DNA from: an uncultured Actinomycetota bacterium
Lineage (GTDB): Bacteria; Actinomycetota; Actinomycetes; CAVWCF01
Reading direction: 5' to 3'
Assembly: GCA_963697565.1 (NCBI GenBank)
Contig: CAVOOM010000008.1
Location: 304,423 to 368,422 of the forward strand
Length of the DNA: 64,000 bases
Of the stretch, positions 27,997-37,275 are shown in pieces; position 1 is the first letter of the stretch, and each line of letters begins with the position of its first letter. The notes under the pieces were generated by a model, which was not told the origin of the DNA, ran no database searches, and worked only from the letters and a program-made list of their open reading frames with translations. The position numbers were made by a program, and so were the translations under genes.

Positions 27997-29877
27997 TCAG
28001 CTGTCGAGCGCCTGCTGGATCGCCGTGGCGAAGGCCTGCATGCCGGGCTTGGTGAGGTGGACCCCGTCGGCGACGAAGAACTCCGGGTGGCCGGCCGACG
28101 CGGCGTACCAGTCGGCGACCCGCACGTTGGGGAACTGCGCCGCCACCACGTTGATGTTGTTGTTCGACCCGTCCTGCCAGACCTTCGGCACCCGGGTGTT
28201 GACGATGACCACGCGCGTGCGGTCGGTCAGCTGCTGCAGCAGCCCCTGCAGCTCGGGCTGCTTGATGAACCCGTTGGTGCCCAGGTGGATCACCACGACG
28301 CTCTGCAGGCTGCCGGCCGCCTTGTGCTCCAGCACCCGCGCGTAGATGTCCTGCGCCTGGCGCGAGATCGCCGCGTCGACCCCGGCCTGCGGCATCAGTT
28401 GGGGGATCACCGTGTGGGCGCCCAGCAGCACGGAATCCCCAACCGCGGTGATCGGCTGCTGGGAAAGCCCGGGGGCGGGGGCCGGGGCCGGTGCTGCGGG
28501 TGGCGCCGGGGGGGCCGGCTCGGGCTTCGTCACGGGACTCGGGCTCGCCGTCGGCAAGGCGCCCGCGCCGATCGACTCGATCCCCCCCAGGTAGTCCGCG
28601 GCGGTCACCGCGGGGATCGAGGCCAGCGCGGCCCCGGCCCCGAAGACGGCCAACGCGGCGGCAGTCACAGCCGCGACGACGACGGCGATGCCGCGGGTGC
28701 CGCGCTGCCAGGCGCCGCGCCAGAGGGCGGCAAACCTGCCGTCGCGCACCGGCGTCTCGATCCAGCGGTACGACACCTCGGCCACCAGCCCGGTCACGGC
28801 CAGCGCCGTGGCGTCGGCGGCCAGCCCCTCGTACGGCAGGTCGACGCCCGGGCGCAGCAGCAGGAAGATCGGCCAGTGCCACAGGTAGATGCCGTACGAG
28901 CGGGTGCCGAGCCAGCGCACGGGGGCCACCCCCACGACGCGGCCGAAGCTCGCGCCGGGGTGCGCGGCGACCGCGACCACCCCCGCGGTGAGCAGCGAGA
29001 CCACGAGGAACCCGCCGCGGTAGAGGAAGGTCGAGTTCTCGCCCACGTTGACGAAGACCCAGGTGAGCCCGATCAGGCCGGCCATGCCCGCGGTCCACAG
29101 CAGCGCGTCGGCGCCCCGCCTCAGGGCGGGCGACAGGGTGGTGGGGCGCAGCACGCAGGCGAGTGCGGCCCCGACGAGCACGCTCATGGCGTGGGTGTCG
29201 CTGCCGAAGTACACCCGCGCCGCGTCGCCTGCGGCGGGGATGTCCCCGGCGACCGCGAGGCTGGCCATCAGCGCGGTGGAGGCGACCACGCCGGCCACCG
29301 CGCCCCACAGCACGCCGCGGCGGCCCCAGCGCCGGTAGAGCAGGAGCAGCACGATCGGCCACACGAGGTAGAACTGCTCCTCGACGCCCAGCGACCACAG
29401 GTGCTGGAGCAGCGGCGGACGACCCGCGGACTCGAAGTACGAGCGCTCGTCGAAGATGTACCACCAGTTGCTGGTGTACGTGAGGGCGGCGAGCACATCG
29501 GTGCGGAACTGCGCCGCGGCGTCGCGGGCGAACAGCAGCACGAGGACGCCCGTGCCGGCGAGCATGAAGAGCAGCGCGGGGATCAACCGGCGCGCGCGGC
29601 GCAGGTAGAACCTCCCGAACGCGATGCCTCCGCTGGAGGACACCTCAAGCAGCAGCAGCGAGGTGATCAGGAAGCCAGACAGCACGAAGAAGACGTCGAC
29701 CCCGAGGAAGCCGCCGACGAGTGGTCGCCCCGGAAGGTGGAAGAGCAGCACCGCGGCGACGGCGATCGCGCGGACCGCGTCCAGGCCGGGCAGGTGCGGC
29801 AGCCCGCGGCCGCCGGTGCGGAAGGGGGCGGGAGCGGACGTGGTGGGGCGTGCTGAGACGACAGCCGCCTGGCCCAT
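27997..29877 (-). CDS. acyltransferase-3 family membrane protein with C-terminal SGNH-hydrolase-like domain
   Basis: From the internal ATG (MGQAAV...): LPGLDAVRAIAVAAVLLFH, HLWSLGVEEQFYLVWP, SYGIYLWHWP. A Pro/Ala linker follows, then VGDSVLLG...HLGTNG...VADGVHLT. The upstream 68 codons of the track ORF are not protein-like. Confidence 0.75.
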   Translation of the reverse strand: MGQAAVVSARPTTSAPAPFRTGGRGLPHLPGLDAVRAIAVAAVLLFHLPGRPLVGGFLGVDVFFVLSGFLITSLLLLEVSSSGGIAFGRFYLRRARRLIPALLFMLAGTGVLVLLFARDAAAQFRTDVLAALTYTSNWWYIFDERSYFESAGRPPLLQHLWSLGVEEQFYLVWPIVLLLLYRRWGRRGVLWGAVAGVVASTALMASLAVAGDIPAAGDAARVYFGSDTHAMSVLVGAALACVLRPTTLSPALRRGADALLWTAGMAGLIGLTWVFVNVGENSTFLYRGGFLVVSLLTAGVVAVAAHPGASFGRVVGVAPVRWLGTRSYGIYLWHWPIFLLLRPGVDLPYEGLAADATALAVTGLVAEVSYRWIETPVRDGRFAALWRGAWQRGTRGIAVVVAAVTAAALAVFGAGAALASIPAVTAADYLGGIESIGAGALPTASPSPVTKPEPAPPAPPAAPAPAPAPGLSQQPITAVGDSVLLGAHTVIPQLMPQAGVDAAISRQAQDIYARVLEHKAAGSLQSVVVIHLGTNGFIKQPELQGLLQQLTDRTRVVIVNTRVPKVWQDGSNNNINVVAAQFPNVRVADWYAASAGHPEFFVADGVHLTKPGMQAFATAIQQALDS

Positions 29878-29974
29878 ACGCCCTCCTCGTCTGAGAGGCC
29901 AGGGTACCGCCTTTGGTCCCTTGCGCCGGGTCGGCGGCGGCGCGGCGCCGGGCCGGCTGCGGCATGCTGGCGGG

Positions 29975-30401
29975 ATGCCGGGGCCCCTGCAGGTCACCCG
30001 CTTCCTGGTGATCCCGGAGGCGGAGCTCACCGTGCGCTTCTCGCGTTCCAGCGGGCCGGGCGGGCAGGGGGTCAACACCACCGACTCGCGCGTCGAGCTG
30101 TCCTTCGATGTCGCGCGCTCGGCCAGCCTGGAGGAGCCCTACCGGTCGCGGGCGCTGGCGTACCTAGGCGCGCCGGCTGGTGGACGGCGTGGTGACGATC
30201 ACCGCGTCCGAGCACCGCTCCCAGCTGCGCAACCGCGAGGCCGCAGAGGCGCGCCTCGCCGCCCTGCTCGCCGAGGCCGTGGCGCCGCCGGCGCGGCCGC
30301 GCCGGGTGACCCGTCCCAGCCGCTCTTCGGTGCGCAGGAGGCTGGATGCGAAGACCCGGCGCGGGCAGACCAAGGCTCTGCGCCGCCGCCCCGAGGACTG
30401 A
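29975..30401 (+). pseudogene. arfB: alternative ribosome-rescue factor ArfB (peptidyl-tRNA hydrolase, GGQ), one frameshift near 30170
   Basis: MPGPLQVTRFLVIPEAELTVRFSRSSGPGGQGVNTTDSRVEL carries the GGQ motif. After ...ALAYLGA the protein continues in another frame as RLVDGVVTITASEHRSQLRNREAAEARL, ending in the basic tail RRLDAKTRRGQTKALRRRP. Confidence 0.75.
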
Positions 30402-30410
30402 TCCCGCCGG

Positions 30411-32102
30411 CTAGGGCTGGTGCTTGACGCGGGCGGCATGCACCCGGGCGTGCGCAATGGCGTCAGGGGTGTGCGCGAAGAGATGGCGCTCGTGGGCGAG
30501 GCTGTCGTACACGCCGAGGGCGTCGAGCACCGGCGTGTGGCGCTCGGGAACTCCGGAGAGGAGCACGGTCACCCCACGGCCCTCGAGGTGCGTGATGGCG
30601 TCGCGCAGGACCGCGGCCCCGGTGGCGTCGAGCGTCGCGACGCGAGACATCCGCAGGATGACCACCCGAATGTCGCTGACTGTCGTGAGCTCGAGCAGGG
30701 CCTGGTGTGCCCCGCCGAAGAAGAGCGGCCCCTCCAGCCGGTACGCGACGATTCGCTCGTCGAGGAGGGCCTGCTCCTCGCCGGCGAGCCCTTCGCTCGG
30801 GAGCGGGGTCTCCTCGAGCGAGGCCGCCTTGGCCATCTGGCGCAGGGCGAGCGCGCCCGCCACGGCGATCCCGAGGATCACCGCGGTGACGAGGTCGAGG
30901 GCGATGGTGGCGAGCGCGGTCACGATGAGGACTGCGGCGTCGCTGCGAGATGAGCGCAGGAGGGCCCGGACGCTGGAGACCTCGACCATGCGGATGGCGG
31001 TGGCGATCAGCACGCCGGCGAGTGCGGCGAGCGGGATCTCGGAGACAAGGGGGCCAATCGCGAGCACGACCAACAGGAGGACCCCGGAGTGGATGACCGC
31101 CGCAAGGCGCGAGCGGGCGCCGCTGCGTACGTTGACCGCCGTCCTCGCGATGGCCGCGGTCGCCGGGATTCCGCCGAAGAGCGGGCTGGCCAGGTTGGCG
31201 AGGCCCTGCCCGAACAGCTCGCGGTCGGGATCATGGCGCTCGGAGACGCTCATCGCGTCGGCCACGGTCGCCGAGAGCAGGCTCTCCAACGCGGCGAGCG
31301 CCGCTACAGCAAGCGCGGGGATCGCGAGGATGCGCAGCTCATTCCAGGCGAGGGCGGGCAGCTGCGGAGACGGGAGGCCGTCGGGCAGGGCGCCGATCCG
31401 GGTGATGTCGAGCTCAGCGACTTGGGCGAGCACGGTGGCGGCGGCCACGGCTATCAGGGACATCGGAATGCCGGGCCGCCAGCGCGAGGACAGCAGCATG
31501 GCCGCCGCGACGGCGGCGGCCATGGCAGGGGCCGTCCAGGCGGGGTCGTCGGCCCAGGCGGTGATCGCGTCGGCGGCGACCGCGACCACCTTCTCTCCCT
31601 CGGCGGGCACGCCTAGGGCGGTCGGGATTTGCTGCACGGCGATGATCAACGCGATGCCGAGGGTGAAGCCCTCGATGACCGGAAGCGGCACGAAGCGCAC
31701 ATAGCGGCCCAGGCCCGCGACGGCCATCACGAGCAGGATCGCCCCTGCCATCAGGCCGACGACGAGGACTCCGTCGGCCCCGTACGAGGCGACGATCGGG
31801 ACCAGGACCACGGTCATCGCCCCAGTAGGCCCGCTGACCTGCACGTGGCTGCCGCCGAACACGGCGGCGACGATCCCGGCCACGATCGCGGTCACCAACC
31901 CGGCCGCGGCGCCCAGCCCCGAGGTGATGCCGAAGGCCAGGGCCAGCGGCAGGGCGACCAGGCCGACGGTGAGTCCGGCCACCAGATCGCGGCGCGGGGT
32001 GCCGGCCATCGCCGCCAGATCGCCGCGACGGGGGAGTAAGGCGGCGATCCGACGCCCGGACCATCCGACCGCGTGGCGGGCGTCCTCAGACCAGCTGCTC
32101 AC
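30411..32102 (-). CDS. SulP family inorganic anion transporter with C-terminal STAS domain
   Basis: 563 aa, intact: GLTVGLVALPLALAFG, QVSGPTGAMTVV, and the STAS end RIVAYRLEGPLFFGGAHQ...VVILRMSRVATLDATG. The start overlaps the ArsR stop. Confidence 0.85.
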   Translation of the reverse strand: MSSWSEDARHAVGWSGRRIAALLPRRGDLAAMAGTPRRDLVAGLTVGLVALPLALAFGITSGLGAAAGLVTAIVAGIVAAVFGGSHVQVSGPTGAMTVVLVPIVASYGADGVLVVGLMAGAILLVMAVAGLGRYVRFVPLPVIEGFTLGIALIIAVQQIPTALGVPAEGEKVVAVAADAITAWADDPAWTAPAMAAAVAAAMLLSSRWRPGIPMSLIAVAAATVLAQVAELDITRIGALPDGLPSPQLPALAWNELRILAIPALAVAALAALESLLSATVADAMSVSERHDPDRELFGQGLANLASPLFGGIPATAAIARTAVNVRSGARSRLAAVIHSGVLLLVVLAIGPLVSEIPLAALAGVLIATAIRMVEVSSVRALLRSSRSDAAVLIVTALATIALDLVTAVILGIAVAGALALRQMAKAASLEETPLPSEGLAGEEQALLDERIVAYRLEGPLFFGGAHQALLELTTVSDIRVVILRMSRVATLDATGAAVLRDAITHLEGRGVTVLLSGVPERHTPVLDALGVYDSLAHERHLFAHTPDAIAHARVHAARVKHQP

Positions 32103-32500
32103 GCGGGCCGAGCGGCGGGTCGGGTCAGCTCATCGACCAGTTCGCCCTGCTGGGCGTGCTTGGCCGCAAGCAGTCGGCGGGCGGCGATGAGCAGATCGCG
32201 GACCTCGGGAAGGGCGAGGGTGTAGACGACCGCGCCGGCCTCGCGTCGCTGGGCCACCAGGCCCGCCCGGCGCAGGACCGCCAGCTGCTGGGAGAGATTG
32301 CTCGGCTCGATCTGGATTGACTCCAGCAGGTCGTGCACCGGCCGGTCGCCCTCGCTGAGCAGCTCAAGCACCCGAATCCGCGCGGGGTGACCCAGCGTGC
32401 GGAAGAACTCGGCCTTGGCTTGATAGAGCGGGACTCCCACAGCGACCTCATTCTTCGACCGAGCTTCCGTGCGTACATTAGCAGATGAAGAAGTCTTCAT
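32099..32500 (-). CDS. ArsR/SmtB family transcriptional regulator
   Basis: KAEFFRTLGHPARIRVLELLSEGDRPVHDLLESIQIEPSNLSQQLAVLRRAGLV is a wHTH. The ATG at 32500 is preferred over the TTG at 32527. It is co-oriented with and overlaps the SulP gene. Confidence 0.8.
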   Translation of the reverse strand: MKTSSSANVRTEARSKNEVAVGVPLYQAKAEFFRTLGHPARIRVLELLSEGDRPVHDLLESIQIEPSNLSQQLAVLRRAGLVAQRREAGAVVYTLALPEVRDLLIAARRLLAAKHAQQGELVDELTRPAARPA

Positions 32501-32503
32501 ATG
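32482..32503. promoter_or_regulatory. candidate ArsR/SmtB operator: CAGATGAAGA-AG-TCTTCATATG (10-2-10 inverted repeat with one mismatch; the 7-2-7 core is perfect)
   Basis: Read directly. It is AT-rich relative to its surroundings and covers the arsR ATG (32498-32500). The TGAA..TTCA half-sites resemble known SmtB/CzrA-type 12-2-12 operators. Confidence 0.4.
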
Positions 32504-32625
32504 ACGCCCGCGGCGCCGGTCCGTCAAGCCCGGCGTGCCGCCCGTGAGACGATTTGGTGCCGCCTCGGCCGCAGGACGCGGTCGATGGCGCAGGCGATCT
32601 CCCGCCCCCGCCTCGAAGGGCCCCG

Positions 32626-33717
32626 ATGAGCATTCCCCCGGCCGCTGACGCAGCCTCCTCTCCGGTTGCCGGCTCCGTCATGCCCGACCCGGCGCTGCCC
32701 GGCAACGTCTACTTCCGGATCCGAAACTCCGCGGTCTTGTCCGTCACGGCCGTGGACGCCCCGATCGTCGTCACCTCGGAGTCGTTCGACGAGCGGCTGG
32801 CGGAGACGTACGAGCGCACCGGCGTCCGCCCCGGCATGCTCGGCGTGGTCGCCGGCATCGAGGAGCGCAGGTGGTGGCCGGAGGACGTCTCGTTCGCCGA
32901 TGCCGCCGCGATGGCCGGCGCCAAGGCGATCGCGGACGCGGGCATCGACGCGCGGCGCATCGGGCTGATGATCGACTCGTCGGTGTGCCGCGACCACCTC
33001 GAGCCGAGCAAGGCCGTGGCGGTCCACCACCAGCTGGGACTGCCGAGCAGCTGCCTCACCTTCGACCTGGCCAACGCCTGCCTGGGCTTCGTCAACGCGA
33101 TCCAGCTGGCCTCGACCATGATCGACGCCGGCCAGATCGAGTACGCCCTGATCGTCGACGGCGAGGGCAGCCGGCGCACCCAGGAGCTCACCCTGGAGCG
33201 GCTCGCGCAGCGCGACGCCACCGCCGACGACGTCTGGTCGCAGTTCGCGTCGCTGACGCTGGGCTCCGGCGGCGCGGCGATGGTGCTGGGCCCGGCCGAC
33301 CGCCACCCCGAGGGCCACCGGGTCATCGGCGGCGCCACCCGCGCGGCCACCGAGCACCACCTGCTCTGCGTGGGCACCCTCGAGGACATGCGCACCGACT
33401 CCAAGGCCCTCTTCGCCGCCGGCGTGCAGCTGTCGATCGAGCTGTGGGCCGAGGCCAAGAAGGAGTTCGACTGGAGCGGGATGGACCGCTACGTGTCGCA
33501 CCAGATCTCCAAGGTCCACACCGCGGCCATCAGCAAGGCCCTCAACATCGAGCCGGACCTGATGCCCAGCTCCTTCCCCACCCGCGGCAACATCGGCCCG
33601 GCCTCGGTGCCCTTTACGTTGGCCCTCGAGGCCGACTCGCTGGCCCCCGGCGACCGCGTCCTGCTGATGGGCATCGGCTCGGGCATCAACGCCTGCGCCC
33701 TCGAACTCGAGTGGTGA
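32626..33717 (+). CDS. oleA: OleA-type thiolase (FabH-like, non-decarboxylative Claisen condensation of acyl-CoAs)
   Basis: FabH-like fold with the active-site Cys in FDLANACLGF, plus VSHQISKVH and RGNIGPASVP...GIGSGIN. Assignment to OleA rests on the downstream oleBC and oleD genes. The stop overlaps the next start (GTGA). Confidence 0.7.
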   Translation: MSIPPAADAASSPVAGSVMPDPALPGNVYFRIRNSAVLSVTAVDAPIVVTSESFDERLAETYERTGVRPGMLGVVAGIEERRWWPEDVSFADAAAMAGAKAIADAGIDARRIGLMIDSSVCRDHLEPSKAVAVHHQLGLPSSCLTFDLANACLGFVNAIQLASTMIDAGQIEYALIVDGEGSRRTQELTLERLAQRDATADDVWSQFASLTLGSGGAAMVLGPADRHPEGHRVIGGATRAATEHHLLCVGTLEDMRTDSKALFAAGVQLSIELWAEAKKEFDWSGMDRYVSHQISKVHTAAISKALNIEPDLMPSSFPTRGNIGPASVPFTLALEADSLAPGDRVLLMGIGSGINACALELEW

Positions 33718-36245
33718 GCGCGCCCGCGACACGCGAGCCCGCCGCACTGCCGCCGTCTGGCCTGCCCGGGCTCGACCCGGCCTGGTCGCGCCTCGTCGAC
33801 ATCACCGACGCCGACGGAGTCCGCCGCGGCTTCCACGTGCTCGACACCGGCTGGCCCGAGGGCGACCGTCGCGGCACGCTGCTGTGCGTCCACGGCAACC
33901 CGACCTGGTCATACCTCTGGCGGGCGCTGCTCGCCGCCCCGCCGCACGGCTGGCGGGTGGTCGCGGTCGACCAGCTCGGCATGGGCTACTCCGAGCGGAT
34001 CGACGGCACCCGCCGACTGGCGCAGCGCATCGACGACCTGACCCGCCTGGCCGATGCCCTGGAGATCGACGGGCCGGTCGTCACCGTGGCCCACGACTGG
34101 GGCGGCCCGGTGTCGCTCGGCTGGGCGCTGGCCCATCGCGACCGGCTCGCCGGGGTGGTCCTCGCCAACACCGCCGTCCACCAGCCGGCCGGCTCGCCCG
34201 CGCCCGCCCTGATCCGCGCGGCCCGCACCCCCGCGCTGCTGCGCGCCGCCTGCGAGCGCACCCCGGCGTTCGTGCGGGGCACCACCGCGCTGTCGCGGCC
34301 GCGGCCGCCGCGCGAGGTGCGTGACGCGTTCGCCGCCCCGTACGCCACCGCGGCCCGCCGCTCGGCCGTCGCCGACTTCGTCGCCGACATCCCGCTGGAG
34401 GACGACCACCCGTCCATGTCGACCCTCCGGGCGATCGCCGACGGCGTGCGCAGCCTGGACGTGCCGGTGCTGCTGGCCTGGGGCCCGGCCGACCCGGTCT
34501 TCTCCGACCGCTACCTGCGCGACCTGCTCGACCGGCTGCCGCACGCCGACGCGCACCGCTACGAGGGCGCCTCGCACCTCGTCACCGAGGACGCGCCCCG
34601 GTTCTTCGACGACCTGCGCCGCTGGGTCGAGGGGCTGGGGTCGGCCGCCGCCGCGCCGCCTGCCCCGGTGGTGGCTGGGGAGCGACGGCCGATGGGGGCC
34701 GCCCTCGCCGAGCGCGCTGCGGACCCGGAGTCCGCCGGCCAGCCGGCCGTCGTCGAGCTCGGGTCGGCGGGACGCACGGTGACCTGGCAGCAGCTCGACC
34801 GGGTGGTCGACGCGCTGGCCGCCGGGCTGGCCGAGGCCGGGGTGCGGCACGGCGACCGGGTGACGCTGCTCGTCCCGCCCGGGGCCGAGCTGACCGCGGC
34901 GGTGTACGCCTGCTGGCGGATCGGCGCGGTCATCGTCGTCGCCGACGCGGGACTGGGGGTGCGCGGGCTCGCGAGGGCCCTGCGCGGGGCCTGGCCCGAC
35001 CACCTGATTGCGGTGGGCCGCGGGCTGGCCGCGGCCCGGGCCCTGCGCATCGGCGGCCGCCGGTTCGCGGCCGGGCCGATCAGCTCGGCGCGGGCCAGGG
35101 CGCTGGGCGCCGAGGCGACCCTGGGTGACCTCGCCGCCCGCGGACGGGGCCGCCCGCTGCCCGAGCGGCCCGGGCCCGAGGACGAGGCCGCGGTGGTCTT
35201 CACCTCCGGCGCCACCGGCCCGGCCAAGGGCGTCGTCTACCGCCACCGCCAGGTCGAGGCCAACCGCGACGCGCTGGTGGCGCTGTACGGCATCCAGCCC
35301 ACGGACCGACTGGTGGCCGCCTTCGCCCCGTTCGCGCTGTACGGCCCGGCGATGGGGATCGCCTCGGCGGTCCCCGACATCGACGTGACGCAGCCCGCCA
35401 CCCTGGACGCCGCCAAGCTCGCCGACGCCGCGGCAGCCGTGGGCGCCACGCTCGTCTGGGCCTCGCCGGCCTCGCTGCGCACGGTCGCCGCCACAGCGGG
35501 CGCGCTCACCCCGGTGCAGCGCGAGGCGCTGGCCGGCGTCCGGCTGCTGATGAGCGCGGGGGCGCCGGTGCCCGCGCCGTTGCTGCGCCTCATGCTGGGC
35601 GTGCTGCCCAACGCCGAGGCGCACACTCCGTACGGCATGACCGAGGTCTTGCCGGTGGCCGACATCGACCTGCGCGGGATGGCCTTGGCGGGACCGGGGG
35701 AGGGCGTCTGCGTCGGGTTCCCGGTCGCCGGGGCTGAGATCGCCATCGACGACGTCGACGGCGCCGGCGAGATCCTGGTCCGCGCGCCGTGGGCCAAGGA
35801 CCGCTACGACCGGCTCTGGGCCACCGAGTCGGCGGCCTCGCACGAGGACGGCTGGCATCGCACCGGCGATGTCGGCCACCTGGACCCCGAAGGCCGGCTC
35901 TGGGTCGAGGGCCGCCTGGCGCACGTCGTGTGGACGGCCGACGGTCCGGTGACCCCGGTCGGCGTCGAGCAGCGGGTGGAGGCCCTCTCGCAGGTCGAGG
36001 CCGCCGCCTGCGTGGGCGTCGGGCCGGCGGGCGCGCAGGTCGTGGCCGTGGTGGCGGTGCCGCGCGACGGGGCCCCCAGGCGCGGGGGGCTGGCCGAGCC
36101 TGAGCTGGCGGCCGCTGTGCGCGACGTCGCCGGAGTGCCCGTCGCCGCCGTCCTCGTGCGGCCGGAGCTGCCGGTGGACATCCGGCACAACTCCAAGATC
36201 GACCGCGCCGCGCTTGCGCGCTGGGCCTCGCACCGGCTGGCGTGA
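33714..36245 (+). CDS. oleBC: OleB-OleC fusion: alpha/beta-hydrolase (beta-lactone decarboxylase) plus AMP-dependent beta-lactone synthetase
   Basis: The N-terminal domain has HGNPTWSYLW and VAHDWGGPVSLGWA (haloalkane-dehalogenase-like). The C-terminal domain has the AMP-binding motif FTSGATGPAKGV, plus YGMTE and TGDVGHLDPEGRLWVEGR. The upstream 281 codons of track ORF 32871..36245 overlap oleA out of frame. Confidence 0.7.
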   Translation: MSAPATREPAALPPSGLPGLDPAWSRLVDITDADGVRRGFHVLDTGWPEGDRRGTLLCVHGNPTWSYLWRALLAAPPHGWRVVAVDQLGMGYSERIDGTRRLAQRIDDLTRLADALEIDGPVVTVAHDWGGPVSLGWALAHRDRLAGVVLANTAVHQPAGSPAPALIRAARTPALLRAACERTPAFVRGTTALSRPRPPREVRDAFAAPYATAARRSAVADFVADIPLEDDHPSMSTLRAIADGVRSLDVPVLLAWGPADPVFSDRYLRDLLDRLPHADAHRYEGASHLVTEDAPRFFDDLRRWVEGLGSAAAAPPAPVVAGERRPMGAALAERAADPESAGQPAVVELGSAGRTVTWQQLDRVVDALAAGLAEAGVRHGDRVTLLVPPGAELTAAVYACWRIGAVIVVADAGLGVRGLARALRGAWPDHLIAVGRGLAAARALRIGGRRFAAGPISSARARALGAEATLGDLAARGRGRPLPERPGPEDEAAVVFTSGATGPAKGVVYRHRQVEANRDALVALYGIQPTDRLVAAFAPFALYGPAMGIASAVPDIDVTQPATLDAAKLADAAAAVGATLVWASPASLRTVAATAGALTPVQREALAGVRLLMSAGAPVPAPLLRLMLGVLPNAEAHTPYGMTEVLPVADIDLRGMALAGPGEGVCVGFPVAGAEIAIDDVDGAGEILVRAPWAKDRYDRLWATESAASHEDGWHRTGDVGHLDPEGRLWVEGRLAHVVWTADGPVTPVGVEQRVEALSQVEAAACVGVGPAGAQVVAVVAVPRDGAPRRGGLAEPELAAAVRDVAGVPVAAVLVRPELPVDIRHNSKIDRAALARWASHRLA

Positions 36246-36248
36246 GCC

Positions 36249-37214
36249 GTGCGGGTCCTGGTCACCGGCGCGTCCGGGCTGCTGGGCGGCGATGTCGCGC
36301 GCCGGCTGGCCGAGCGCGGCGACCAGGTCGTCGTCCTGCAGCGCCGGCCCAGCGGCTTGGGGCTTGAGGAGCGGCTCGCCGATGTGCGCGACCCGGCGGC
36401 GCTCGCGGCCGCGGTCGAGGGGATGGACGCCGTCGTCCACCTGGCGGCCAAGGTCAACGTGGTCGGCGCCTGGGCCGACTACCTGGCCATCAACGTGGAG
36501 GGCACCCGGGCCCTCGTCGAGGCGGCCGCGCGCGCAGGGGTGCGGCGCTTCGTGCAGGTCTCCTCGCCCTCGGTGGCGCACGCCGGCCGGTCCCTCGTCG
36601 GCGCGGGCGCCGGGCCCGCCGACCCGGCGTCGGCCCGCGGCCCGTACAGCCGCAGCAAGGCGATGGCCGAGCAGATCGCGCTCGCGGCGCATGGTCCCGC
36701 GATGGCGGTGGTCGCGGTCCGGCCGCACCTGGTGTGGGGGCCGGGCGACACCCAGCTCGTCGAGCGGATCGTGGAGCGCGGGCGGTCGGGGCGGCTGGCC
36801 CTGGTCGGCAGCGGCTCCGCGCTGATCGACACGACGTACGTCGACAACGCCGCCGAGGCCCTGGTGGCGGCGCTCGACCGGGCGGCCGAGGTGGGCGGGG
36901 AGGCGTTCGTGGTCTCCAACGGCGAGCCGCGTCCGGTCGCCGAGATCCTGGCCGCGATCTGCGCCGCCGCGGGGGTGCCAGGCCCGCGGCTGCGGGTGCC
37001 GTTCCCGGTCGCCTGGTCGGCTGGGGCCGCCGTGGACGCCGTGTGGGGCCTGCGCGGGCGCGAGGACGACCCGCCGCTCACCCGGTTCCTGGCCGAGCAG
37101 CTGGCCACGGCGCACTGGTTCGACCAGAGGCGCACCCGCGAGGCCCTGGGGTGGGCGCCGTCGGTGTCGCTGGACGAGGGCTTCGCCCGGCTCGCCGTCG
37201 CGTACGCGCGCTGA
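36249..37214 (+). CDS. oleD: OleD-type NAD(P)H-dependent reductase (3-beta-HSD / extended SDR family)
   Basis: MRVLVTGASGLLGG (Rossmann), PYSRSKAMAE (YxxxK). The GTG start lies 3 nt after the oleBC stop. Confidence 0.7.
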   Translation: MRVLVTGASGLLGGDVARRLAERGDQVVVLQRRPSGLGLEERLADVRDPAALAAAVEGMDAVVHLAAKVNVVGAWADYLAINVEGTRALVEAAARAGVRRFVQVSSPSVAHAGRSLVGAGAGPADPASARGPYSRSKAMAEQIALAAHGPAMAVVAVRPHLVWGPGDTQLVERIVERGRSGRLALVGSGSALIDTTYVDNAAEALVAALDRAAEVGGEAFVVSNGEPRPVAEILAAICAAAGVPGPRLRVPFPVAWSAGAAVDAVWGLRGREDDPPLTRFLAEQLATAHWFDQRRTREALGWAPSVSLDEGFARLAVAYAR

Positions 37215-37215
37215 G

Positions 37216-37253
37216 GCGGCCGGCCCGGGAACGGGGGTTCCCAAGCCGGCCGC
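37216..37253. terminator. GC-rich hairpin between convergent oleD and the PepSY-like gene (bidirectional terminator candidate)
   Basis: GCGGCCGGC-CC-GGGAAC-GGGG-GTTCCC-AA-GCCGGCCGC forms a 9-bp stem and a 6-bp stem separated by a 2x2 internal loop, closed by a 4-nt loop. There is no U-tract, which is common in actinobacteria. Confidence 0.45.
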
Positions 37254-37275
37254 GGTCGCGCCCTGCTCCGTGGGA

